From assembly GCA_963706575.1 (NCBI GenBank), contig CAVPNL010000008.1, forward strand, positions 160,001 through 224,000: 64,000 bases of DNA, read 5' to 3'. This document shows positions 37,038 to 45,888 of this stretch, piece by piece (the stretch's first letter is position 1; each line of letters begins with the position of its first letter). Source of the stretch: an uncultured delta proteobacterium. Lineage in GTDB: Bacteria; Desulfobacterota; Desulfobacteria; Desulfobacterales; JAHEIW01. Both the position numbers and the translations under genes were made by a program. The notes beneath the pieces are model-generated. The model was not told where the DNA came from and ran no database searches. It worked only from the letters and a program-made list of their open reading frames with translations.

Positions 37038-37643
37038 CTAATCCATTGCCGCTAAAACATTGAAGCGTTCTTTTTCCAAAGCTTTTTTAATGACATTGGT
37101 TTTGCAGGCGGACAGGCGAAAATAATAAACCCGTTTACCTTTCTGCTGTGGGGTCATGCTGACACTTATGATATCACCGCCGTTGTCATTAATAATTTGC
37201 ATGGCCTTTTTGAATGCAGCGGGTTGTTCTGCCAAAACCACATCAATGCGCGATGTCGTTGATATAATACCCATCATATCGATAAATGCGCGCAACATAT
37301 CCGTTGCGGTCACAATACCGACGAGCCGGCCAGCTTTAACCACCGGCATCCCACCGATTTTGTGATTGTAAATCAGTTGGGCCGCAAACTCGATGTCATC
37401 ATCGGGACTCACCGTGATCGGGTTTTTAATTATCAAATCATCAAGGGAGACATCACCCAGCATGGAGGGAATCAGGCCCTGTTTTAGATCCGCCAGGGTC
37501 AGAAATCCTTCCAGACGCCTGCCTCTGGCGATCACGGGAAGATGTCGAATAGAGTTGGCTTTCATCAATTCAATGGCTTCACCAACCGACGCATTGGGCC
37601 CGATGGTAATGGGGTCTTCGATCATCAGTGATTGGATTTTCAT
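37038..37643 (-). CDS. CBS-pair plus ACT domain protein (AcuB-like)
   Basis: IRHLPV, PITVSPDD, KIGGMPVV...GIVTATD, C-terminal ACT-like GGDIISV. Confidence 0.82.
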   Translation of the reverse strand: MKIQSLMIEDPITIGPNASVGEAIELMKANSIRHLPVIARGRRLEGFLTLADLKQGLIPSMLGDVSLDDLIIKNPITVSPDDDIEFAAQLIYNHKIGGMPVVKAGRLVGIVTATDMLRAFIDMMGIISTTSRIDVVLAEQPAAFKKAMQIINDNGGDIISVSMTPQQKGKRVYYFRLSACKTNVIKKALEKERFNVLAAMD

Positions 37644-37669
37644 ATCATCTCCCCTTTAATTTATAGTAC

Positions 37670-37816
37670 TGGAAGTGGTTTTAAAACCTCAAATTAGGCC
37701 AAAAGGCAAGGCGCAAACCGATGAAAAAGCGCAGCATACATGCTAGTATGTGAGCATTTTAAAGAGGTTTGCAACGTAGCCGTTTGGTCTTAGATGGGGT
37801 TTTAAAACCACTTCTA
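37670..37816. mobile_element. MITE-like hairpin element (copy D)
   Basis: TIRs GAAGTGGTTTTAAAACC / GGTTTTAAAACCACTTC; core GGCAAGGCG...GCGCAGCATAC-loop-GTATGTGAGCATTTT...GCAACG. Confidence 0.8.
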
Positions 37817-37860
37817 AAATGATATCAGCATTCGGGAAAAAGTAAAGGGTTAAAGGACGG

Positions 37861-38946
37861 TTATTTTTTTGAGCGGGGCTGATAACTGCAAAGGGGTTCT
37901 TCTCTCATAAAATCACCGGTGGCCTCGTAAGCCCGTGCGCGACAACCCCCGCAGACCCGTTTATATTCGCAGGGCCCGCATTTTCCTTTCAGCTTGTCGT
38001 AATTTCGCAGCTCCCTAAATATATCTGAACGGTTCCAGATTTCGGCGAAAGTCGACTGCCGAATATCACCGCAATTTAAATCCAGGTAACCGCATGGCTG
38101 CACAATGCCCCGGTGGGATATGAAACAGAAGCCGATGCCGCCCAAACATCCGCGGGTGACTGCATCGAGTCCGTAGCGTTCGAAGGTAACGGAAATGCCG
38201 TCTTTTTTGGCTCGCTGCCTCAGGATTCGGTAATAGTGGGGGGCGCAGGTTGCTTTCAGTTGGAGCGGCGCTTTCTCCCGCTGGTCATAAAACCAGTTGA
38301 GGGTGCTTTCATACTCGGCCGCGTCGATCTCCTGATCCACAATATATTTGCCGCGTCCGGTGGGAACCAAAAGGAAGATATGATGGGCCACCGCACCCAG
38401 ATCGACGGCCAGTTCCTGTATCTTGCTGATTTGATCCAGATTGGTTTTGGTGATGGTTGTGTTGATTTGAAATTCCATGCCGGCTTTTTTTAGCAATTCA
38501 ATGCCCCGCAGCGTGCCCTCAAAGGCCCCTGCCACCTGACGAAAGCGGTCATGGGTTTCAGGACTCGAACCGTCGAGACTGACGCTGATTCGTTGAATGC
38601 CGGCATCGACCAGTTGCCGGGCCACGGTATCGGTAATGAGGGTGCCGTTCAAGGCCATGACCATGCGCATGCCAAGTTCGGTTCCATAGCGGGCAATATC
38701 GTATATGTCTGAGCGCAGCAGGGGTTCGCCGCCGGTGAGAATAATAATCGGTTTGGCGACTTCTGCAATCTGATCCAAAAGGCGCAGGGCTTCCGGAGTG
38801 CCCAGTTCACCCTCGTGCGGGCCCATGGTTGCCGAAGCACGGCAATGCACACAGGCCAGATTGCAATTGCGCGTGGTTTCCCAGGCAACCAGGCGTAATT
38901 CGTTTTTCTTCTTTCGGGTGTCGGAATGGGGATGTTTGGCGTTCAT
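37861..38946 (-). CDS. ahbD: Radical SAM heme b synthase AhbD
   Basis: LRLVAWETTRNCNLACVHCRA, LKATCAPHYYRI, RGCLGG, SPASM cysteines; follows hemB. Confidence 0.88.
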   Translation of the reverse strand: MNAKHPHSDTRKKKNELRLVAWETTRNCNLACVHCRASATMGPHEGELGTPEALRLLDQIAEVAKPIIILTGGEPLLRSDIYDIARYGTELGMRMVMALNGTLITDTVARQLVDAGIQRISVSLDGSSPETHDRFRQVAGAFEGTLRGIELLKKAGMEFQINTTITKTNLDQISKIQELAVDLGAVAHHIFLLVPTGRGKYIVDQEIDAAEYESTLNWFYDQREKAPLQLKATCAPHYYRILRQRAKKDGISVTFERYGLDAVTRGCLGGIGFCFISHRGIVQPCGYLDLNCGDIRQSTFAEIWNRSDIFRELRNYDKLKGKCGPCEYKRVCGGCRARAYEATGDFMREEPLCSYQPRSKK

Positions 38947-38955
38947 GTTATGTTG

Positions 38956-39930
38956 TCAAGTTCTTAAGGCGTTCGCTGCTTCTAATGCGAAATAGGTGAG
39001 AATCATGTCGGCCCCGGCGCGTTTGATGGCCGTCAGCGTTTCCAGCATCACTTTTTGGCCGTCGATCCAGCCCATTTTTTCGGCTGCTTTTATCATCGAG
39101 AATTCGCCGCTGACGTTATAGGCAGCGACCGGCAGATCGATTTCTTCGCGAACCCGGCAGATGATATCCAGATAGGCCAGGGCCGGTTTAACCATGATGA
39201 TATCCGCCCCTTCTTCAATATCCAACGATACTTCACGGATGGCCTCTATGGCATTTGCCGGATCCATTTGATAGGTTCGCCGATCGCCAAACTGTGGAGC
39301 CGAGTCTGCGGCACTGCGAAACGGTCCGTAATAGGCCGAGCAGTATTTAGCCGCATAGGACATGATCGGCACCTGACTGAAGTTGTTTTCATCCAGGATG
39401 TCGCGGATTTCGGCGACACGGCCGTCCATCATGTCCGATGGGGCCACCATGTCGGCGCCGGCCTTCGCATGCGATAGGGCCGTGCGGGCCAAAAGATCCA
39501 GTGAGGCATCATTATCTATAATCTGCCCCTCCACGACACCGCAATGGCCGTGGTCGGTATACTGGCACAGGCACACGTCGGTGATCACCACCAGTTCCGG
39601 CAGCTTATCTTTTAAGGCCCGGGTTGCTTTCTGGACAATGCCGTCATCGGCGTAAGCCTGCGTTCCCAGGGGATCTTTGGCTTCCGGTATCCCGAACAGC
39701 ATCACGGCCGGAATGCCAAGATCCACAGCGCAAGCGGCTGTTTTGATCAAATGGTCAACCGATAACTGAAAGTGCCCCGGCATGGACGGAATCGGATTTT
39801 TTACGTCACTGCCGTTAATCGCAAACAAAGGTAAAATAAAATCATCGACCGAAAGGTGGGTTTCGCGTATCATGCGGCGGAAGGCCTCGTTTTGCCGCAA
39901 TCTTCTGGGCCTATAGTCTGGAAATAGCAT
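38956..39930 (-). CDS. hemB: Porphobilinogen synthase
   Basis: [45 protein letters not shown]. Confidence 0.97.
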   Translation of the reverse strand: MLFPDYRPRRLRQNEAFRRMIRETHLSVDDFILPLFAINGSDVKNPIPSMPGHFQLSVDHLIKTAACAVDLGIPAVMLFGIPEAKDPLGTQAYADDGIVQKATRALKDKLPELVVITDVCLCQYTDHGHCGVVEGQIIDNDASLDLLARTALSHAKAGADMVAPSDMMDGRVAEIRDILDENNFSQVPIMSYAAKYCSAYYGPFRSAADSAPQFGDRRTYQMDPANAIEAIREVSLDIEEGADIIMVKPALAYLDIICRVREEIDLPVAAYNVSGEFSMIKAAEKMGWIDGQKVMLETLTAIKRAGADMILTYFALEAANALRT

Positions 39931-39978
39931 TCGATCTCCTTTTTCTAAAAGTGACTAAAGTGAACCCGTGCAATGGGC

Positions 39979-40059
39979 CTCACGCAAAGACGCAAAGGCG
40001 CCAAGTTTTAGTTTTTAAATTATCATTCTTTCTTTGCGAGCTTAGCGGCTTTGCGTGAG
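39979..40059. repeat. Octamer-repeat palindrome (CGCAAAGN)
   Basis: CTCACGCAAAGACGCAAAGGCGCCAAG ... CTTTGCGAGCTTAGCGGCTTTGCGTGAG. Confidence 0.75.
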
Positions 40060-40076
40060 TAATTTTCTAATTCAAG

Positions 40077-41267
40077 CTATTCATCTTTCAGACCGATCTC
40101 CTCATCCGTTAAATAACACGCCGGATCCGGCGCCCACAAATCGCCGGTGGTGGCTTCAGCACGGACTCTAAAATTGCCGCCACAAATATCCAGCCAGCGG
40201 CAGTCAGCGCAGCGGCCTTTGACATGCTTTTTCTTCTCTTTGAGTTTTTCGAGCAACGGATTGGAGAGGTCGGCCCAGATCTCGGAAAACGGCCGCTGCC
40301 GAATGTTGCCGAGACTGCAATGGCGCCAGAATTGATCCGGATGAACCTCACCATCCCAGCTGACACAGCCGATACCCCGCCCGGAGTTGTTGCCTTCATT
40401 CCACTGCAGCAGCTCCAGTACGTCTTTGGCCCGCTGCGGGTCTTCTTTGCGCAGCCTTAAATAAAGGTAGGGCCCGTCGGCATGGTTATCGACCGTTAAA
40501 ACCTCTTTGGACTTGCCGATATCGTGCAGGCGCTTGGTTTCATCGATGATCAGATCGACAGCGGAGCGGGTCGCCGCATGGGTCAGATCTTCTTTAACCA
40601 GTTCGGTTCCGCGGCCGGCATAAACCAGGTGGTAGAAGCACACCCGGGGGATATCCATTTCTTCGATGAGGTTAAAAATGTGGGGGATCTCAGCAACGTT
40701 AAATTTGTTGATCGTAAAGCGCAGCCCAACCTTTATTCCGGCATCCTGACAATTTTTAATGCCCTCCATCGCTGACTGAAATGCGCCGCCCACACCTCTA
40801 AAGCGATCGTTGATTTCCTGCATGCCGTCCAGACTGATACCGACGTAAGATAATCCGATGCGTTTCAGGGTCCGGGCCAGATTGGCGCTGATCAATGTGC
40901 CATTGGTTGAAATCACCGCCCGCATACCCTTGTCGACGGCATGCGCTGCCAGTTCAGGGAGGTCTTTGCGCACCAGCGGCTCACCGCCGGAAAAAAGAAT
41001 TACCGGTGCACCGTAGCCGGCCAGATCATCAATCAATTTCTTGCCTTCGCTGGTGCTCAGCTCATTATCATTGGCCAACGCTTTGGCGTGTGCATAACAG
41101 TGCAGGCATTTGAGGTTGCAGCGTTGGGTCGCATTCCAGACGACCACGGGCCGCTTATCTTTGGAAAATTGTAACAGATGCGACGGCAGTTTGCCCGAGT
41201 GACGCCCGTAACGCAGGGCGTCAGAGGGCTCAACGGTCCCACAGTAAAGTTTGGATATTCCGATCAT
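40077..41267 (-). CDS. ahbC: Radical SAM 12,18-didecarboxysiroheme deacetylase AhbC
   Basis: MIGISKLYCG, RPVVVWN..RCNLKCLHCY, FYHLVYAGRG, LTVDNHADG, DPACYL. Confidence 0.9.
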   Translation of the reverse strand: MIGISKLYCGTVEPSDALRYGRHSGKLPSHLLQFSKDKRPVVVWNATQRCNLKCLHCYAHAKALANDNELSTSEGKKLIDDLAGYGAPVILFSGGEPLVRKDLPELAAHAVDKGMRAVISTNGTLISANLARTLKRIGLSYVGISLDGMQEINDRFRGVGGAFQSAMEGIKNCQDAGIKVGLRFTINKFNVAEIPHIFNLIEEMDIPRVCFYHLVYAGRGTELVKEDLTHAATRSAVDLIIDETKRLHDIGKSKEVLTVDNHADGPYLYLRLRKEDPQRAKDVLELLQWNEGNNSGRGIGCVSWDGEVHPDQFWRHCSLGNIRQRPFSEIWADLSNPLLEKLKEKKKHVKGRCADCRWLDICGGNFRVRAEATTGDLWAPDPACYLTDEEIGLKDE

Positions 41268-41300
41268 TTTATCTATTTCTTGTTAAAGATATATTGAGCA

Positions 41301-41370
41301 GTTGGGGAGTTTTTACCGTCATTCCCGCCTACGCGGGCATGACAGGTTCGAATTGAAAAAACTCCCCAAC
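41301..41370. repeat. Inverted repeat enclosing a REP-like unit
   Basis: GTTGGGGAGTTTTT ... AAAAACTCCCCAAC around CGTCATTCCCGCCTACGCGGGCATGAC. Confidence 0.7.
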
Positions 41371-41397
41371 CTCTGGGTTTATTAGAATTTCAAAAGC

Positions 41398-43170
41398 TTA
41401 TTTAGGGTGTTGGGTTGATGCGGCTCCAAATTCGCTTTGGATCAACCGGCTGATGTACGCTTCCGGATCCAGCAATGCCTGGCGGCTGATAAAATAGCGG
41501 CTATGCCCGGTCTTTTCACGAGCCAGTTTAAGGCCGTGTTCAAAATCCATATTCACTTTTTTAAATATGTCATCCAGGTGAATGGGGGCTTCGATCAATT
41601 GCTCCATGATAAAGTCGATGGCATCTTCTTCCAAGACGATATTAATATCATGATTTTTGAAAAAGTACAGTTCTATCTTCTTGATGTCATCATAATTGGA
41701 TTTGATGTGTTTAACCACATTTTCAATTTCCATGACATTTTTGGCATAAAATTGGGCCACGATATTCATCCTGGAAGGTGTCATGGTGAGGTTGTATTTT
41801 GCTGACAGATGCTTTTTATTCAATTCCAGGTACTGTATGATCCGGCGCCGTTCTTCCTGGGCTAATTTTTCAAAAACATCGGCGGTTTTGCCGTCATTGG
41901 GCGAGGCGGACAGCCTTTGAATAGATTGTACCGGGTCCTTTATGATGTCAGTGGTAGCCGGAAATTTCTTAATTTGCGTGGAAGGCAATTGTTTCTCAAA
42001 CTCAATAAATGTTTTTTCAACTGCACTGACCAATCCTCTGGCACCGGTGTTTTCAGCAGCTGCCTGTTGAGCCAGCATCTGCAGCACCGAGTCTTCAAAT
42101 TTGATTTCGATGCCGTAAGCGGCAAAATCCAGTTTTTTGCCCAGAATGATGGGGTTGTTGGGATTCTTCAGAATTTTGTATAAATCGTTTTCGGTTAAAT
42201 ATTCGAATATCGCACGCACCGGCAGCCGGCCGACGAATTCCGATTCAAAGCCGAATTGGATTAAATCTTCGGATTTGACATGCGTGAGAATGTCCATTTG
42301 GTCCTGGGAGCCTTTAATCCTGGCGCCGAAACCAATTCCCTGCCGGGATAAACGCTTTTTAGTGATCGGCACCAGATCCGTAAAGGCCCCACTCATGATA
42401 AAAAGAATATTTGCGGTGTTCACCGATTGTTTTTCGCGCTTTCCGGTTTTACGAAATTTTTCAATTTCCTGGATCATGGAGATGGGGTCATGGGGCACTT
42501 TAAGATCCACCTCGGTTTCTTCCATGGGTTTCAACAGCGCACGTTGCACGCCGGTGCGCGATACATCGGCTCCAATGAGGTTTCGACTGGAAGCGATTTT
42601 ATCGATCTCATCGATATAGATAATACCAAATTGTGCCAGTTCGATATCATCGTCCGCCTCGCGGACCAGGTCCCGCACCAGGTCTTCGACATCCCCGCCG
42701 ACATAGCCGGTTTCACTGAATTTGGTGGCATCGCCTTTGACAAACGGCACACCGATTTTATTGGCGATCAGTTTGATAATATAGGTTTTTCCTACGCCGG
42801 TCGGCCCGATCATCAGCACGTTGTTTTTAATATGGCCGACCATTGACAGGCTACCCGAATTTTCATGCCCTTCCTGAGCACGTTTAATGCGATTGAAATG
42901 GGTGCATATTTTTGTAGCCAAAATCGCCTTGGCGCTGTCCTGCTTAACGACGAATTGATCCAGATAGGCGATGAGCTCTTCGGGTTTAAGATCAAAATTG
43001 ATTTTTTTCTTTTGGCGGGGCGGTTCTTTGACCTTATCGACCGCACCTTCCTGGGGCAAAATCATGGGCGTTACAATTTTGACATTATTGCCGAATTTTT
43101 TGGACAAAAACTCACCGATTTCTTTCTCAAGCTCTTTGGGGTCCGGTATTTTTTCGCTTTGTGATCTCAT
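41398..43170 (-). CDS. ClpX-like AAA+ unfoldase lacking the C4 zinc-binding domain, with a long C-terminal extension
   Basis: GPTGVGKT, TGYVG pore loop, IYIDEIDKI, GVQRALLK, IGF loop, EFVGRLP, TGARGL. Confidence 0.85.
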   Translation of the reverse strand: MRSQSEKIPDPKELEKEIGEFLSKKFGNNVKIVTPMILPQEGAVDKVKEPPRQKKKINFDLKPEELIAYLDQFVVKQDSAKAILATKICTHFNRIKRAQEGHENSGSLSMVGHIKNNVLMIGPTGVGKTYIIKLIANKIGVPFVKGDATKFSETGYVGGDVEDLVRDLVREADDDIELAQFGIIYIDEIDKIASSRNLIGADVSRTGVQRALLKPMEETEVDLKVPHDPISMIQEIEKFRKTGKREKQSVNTANILFIMSGAFTDLVPITKKRLSRQGIGFGARIKGSQDQMDILTHVKSEDLIQFGFESEFVGRLPVRAIFEYLTENDLYKILKNPNNPIILGKKLDFAAYGIEIKFEDSVLQMLAQQAAAENTGARGLVSAVEKTFIEFEKQLPSTQIKKFPATTDIIKDPVQSIQRLSASPNDGKTADVFEKLAQEERRRIIQYLELNKKHLSAKYNLTMTPSRMNIVAQFYAKNVMEIENVVKHIKSNYDDIKKIELYFFKNHDINIVLEEDAIDFIMEQLIEAPIHLDDIFKKVNMDFEHGLKLAREKTGHSRYFISRQALLDPEAYISRLIQSEFGAASTQHPK

Positions 43171-43383
43171 AATGTTAAATTATAACCATGGCCGTTAAGA
43201 AATGCAAGAATGGCAGGTTGATCAGGATTGAAGCATTGCTGATATCCTATTTCACGGCCATCATGATCCGGCGTGCCGGTTAAAACTCGGTAAATCGATA
43301 AATTCCCAAATGGGGATGTGCGGTCTAAAAATACCGCCGATAACGAAGAAGGCAGAAAAACATATAAATGAATAAAAATCATA

Positions 43384-43411
43384 TTGACAAACACCTGCAA
43401 AGCGATATAAA
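43384..43411 (+). promoter_or_regulatory. Possible sigma70 promoter for acs
   Basis: TTGACA-16 bp-TATAAA in an AT-rich intergenic region. Confidence 0.45.
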
Positions 43412-43610
43412 AAACTGAAAATTTTATAGCCGACCATACGACCTCTAGCAGAGAGCACTTTTTATAATGTGTTTAAACGTTTTAATTATATATAATAAAT
43501 AAATTTGATTCATTTATCTATTTCTAATTTTGCCGTTTTGTAAATTCTGAACCTTTAGATACCTTTTTGGTTATTATCTATCTAAGAAATATAAAAGAAA
43601 GGGGGATTTT

Positions 43611-45644
43611 ATGGCAGAAAAAGAGGTCGTCGAAACTTCTGAAGCTGAAATTGCGGTACACTGGGGCGAAGAAAGTCTTTATCATCCTTCAACTCAATTT
43701 ATTGCTCAGGCCAATATGACCGATCCCGGTATTTTTGAAAGGTTCAGCCTGGACAACTTCCCGAATTGTTTTAAAGAATACGCCGATCTTCTCGACTGGT
43801 ATGAATACTGGGACGAAATCCTGGATACCAGCGACGCGCCCTGCTGGAAATGGTTTAAGGGCGGCAAAATAAATGCCAGCTACAATTGCGTCGATCGGCA
43901 TCTGGCTAAAAACAAAAATAAGACCGCCATTCATTTTGTCCCGGAGCCTGAAGAAGAAAAAGTCGAACATATCACCTACCAGGAGCTTTTCGTCCGGGTA
44001 AATGAATTTGCGGCCCTTTTGCAGGACTTTGCCGGGCTTAAAGCCGGCGACCGGGTGACCCTGCACATGCCCATGATCGCCGAACTGCCCATCACCATGC
44101 TGGCCTGTGCGCGACTGGGCGTGATTCATTCCGAAGTCTTCGGCGGTTTTAGCGGCCGGGCCTGTGCCGACCGGATTGTCGATTCCGGCAGCAACGTTCT
44201 CATTACAGCCGATTCATATTACCGGGCCGGCAACCTGCTGGACCACAAGCAAAACGCCGACATTGCCGTTGATCTGGCTGAAAAAGACGGTCAGAAGGTG
44301 GATAAGGTGCTCGTCTGGCAGCGTTACCCGGGCAAAGCGTCGAGCCCGACACCCATGGTGGAAGGACGTGATTATTTTGTCAATGACGTCTTAAAAGAGT
44401 ATTACGGCCAACGCGTCGATCCGGTGCCCATGCCGGCCGAAGCGCCGCTGTTTCTGATGTATACCAGCGGGACCACCGGCAAGCCCAAGGGCTGTCAGCA
44501 CGGCACCGGCGGGTATCTGGCCTACGTTGCCGGCACTTCCAAATATGTGCAGGACATTCATCCGGAAGATGTTTACTGGTGCATGGCCGATATCGGCTGG
44601 ATAACCGGTCATTCTTACATCGTTTACGGCCCGCTGTCGCTGTGCGCCTCCACGGTGGTTTTCGAAGGCGTTCCCAATTATCCGGATCCCGGGCGCCCCT
44701 GGCGCATCGCCCAGAACCTGGATGTCAACATCTTTCATACCGCCCCGACCGCCATCCGCGCGCTGCGCAAGATCGGCCCGGACGAACCCGCCAAATACAA
44801 TTACCACTTCAAGCACATGACCACCGTCGGGGAACCCATCGAGCCCGAAGTCTGGAAATGGTATTACGAGGTCGTCGGCAAGGGTGAAGCGGCCATCGTG
44901 GATACCTGGTGGCAGACCGAAACCGGCGGATTTCTGTGCAGCACTCTTCCGGCCCTTACACCCATGAAGCCGGGCAGCGCCGGACCGGGCGTGCCGGGTA
45001 TCCATCCGATCATCTACGATGACGAAGGCAATGTCATTCCGTCGGGCGCCGGCAAGGCCGGCAACATCTGTATCCAGAATCCCTGGCCCGGCGGATTCCA
45101 GACCATCTGGGGCGACCGTGACCGGTTTGTCGATACCTATTATGCCCGCTACTGCAAGGATCCCAAAAGCAAAGACTGGCGCGACTGGCCCTATATGACC
45201 GGTGATGCGGCCGTGGAATCCGAAGATGGCTTTTACCGGATCCTGGGCCGCATTGACGACGTGATCAACGTTTCCGGTCACCGCTTGGGAACCAAGGAAA
45301 TCGAATCGGCCGCCCTGGTGGTTGAGGAAGTGGCCGAGGCGGCGGTGGTACCGGTGGCCCATGAAATTAAAGGCAAAGAGCCGGATCTCTATATCGCCCT
45401 GAAACCCGGCCTGGAAGCGTCCGATGAGCTCGCCAAGAAAATATCGGATACCGTTTGTGTGGAAATCGGCAAGATCGCCAAACCGCGCAAAGTCTGGATC
45501 GTCACTGACATGCCCAAAACCCGCTCGGGCAAGATCATGCGCCGGGTGCTGGGTGCCATCTCAAACGACAAGGACGTCGGGGATGTGACCACCCTGGCCA
45601 ATCCTGACATCGTTGAAGAGATTAAAAAGATGGCCAAGAAATAG
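43611..45644 (+). CDS. acs: Acetate-CoA ligase (AMP-forming)
   Basis: YTSGTTGKPKG, DIGWITGHSY, VDTWWQTETG, GRIDDVINVSGHRLGT, PKTRSGKIMRR. Confidence 0.95.
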   Translation: MAEKEVVETSEAEIAVHWGEESLYHPSTQFIAQANMTDPGIFERFSLDNFPNCFKEYADLLDWYEYWDEILDTSDAPCWKWFKGGKINASYNCVDRHLAKNKNKTAIHFVPEPEEEKVEHITYQELFVRVNEFAALLQDFAGLKAGDRVTLHMPMIAELPITMLACARLGVIHSEVFGGFSGRACADRIVDSGSNVLITADSYYRAGNLLDHKQNADIAVDLAEKDGQKVDKVLVWQRYPGKASSPTPMVEGRDYFVNDVLKEYYGQRVDPVPMPAEAPLFLMYTSGTTGKPKGCQHGTGGYLAYVAGTSKYVQDIHPEDVYWCMADIGWITGHSYIVYGPLSLCASTVVFEGVPNYPDPGRPWRIAQNLDVNIFHTAPTAIRALRKIGPDEPAKYNYHFKHMTTVGEPIEPEVWKWYYEVVGKGEAAIVDTWWQTETGGFLCSTLPALTPMKPGSAGPGVPGIHPIIYDDEGNVIPSGAGKAGNICIQNPWPGGFQTIWGDRDRFVDTYYARYCKDPKSKDWRDWPYMTGDAAVESEDGFYRILGRIDDVINVSGHRLGTKEIESAALVVEEVAEAAVVPVAHEIKGKEPDLYIALKPGLEASDELAKKISDTVCVEIGKIAKPRKVWIVTDMPKTRSGKIMRRVLGAISNDKDVGDVTTLANPDIVEEIKKMAKK

Positions 45645-45888
45645 CCATCTTTGTGTTTGTTTATGAAAAACCTGGTCGTCATTTTGCAGAAAATTTGTCG
45701 GAAGCTCAACTGAATCGATACCTGAGCTGGATGCGGAAAATGGAAGTGGAATCGGAAGCGGTTGACATTGATGAAATGCGATCAGACCATTTGTCTAACT
45801 TGCCAGGAAAAGGAGGTGATGCCGTCCTAAAAAGAGTCGTTTTGGAAATGAATCGCAAGTTATCTATTAATTAGGAAAGGAGAAGAAC

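Noticed and set aside
43330..43345. Second GCCGATAA sigma28 -10 box upstream of acs
   Set aside because: No TAAA/TAAG -35 element at 15-bp spacing.
45653..45874. 73-aa ORF between acs and the permease
   Set aside because: GTG start with no SD, no TM segment or motif; cannot be supported as a gene.
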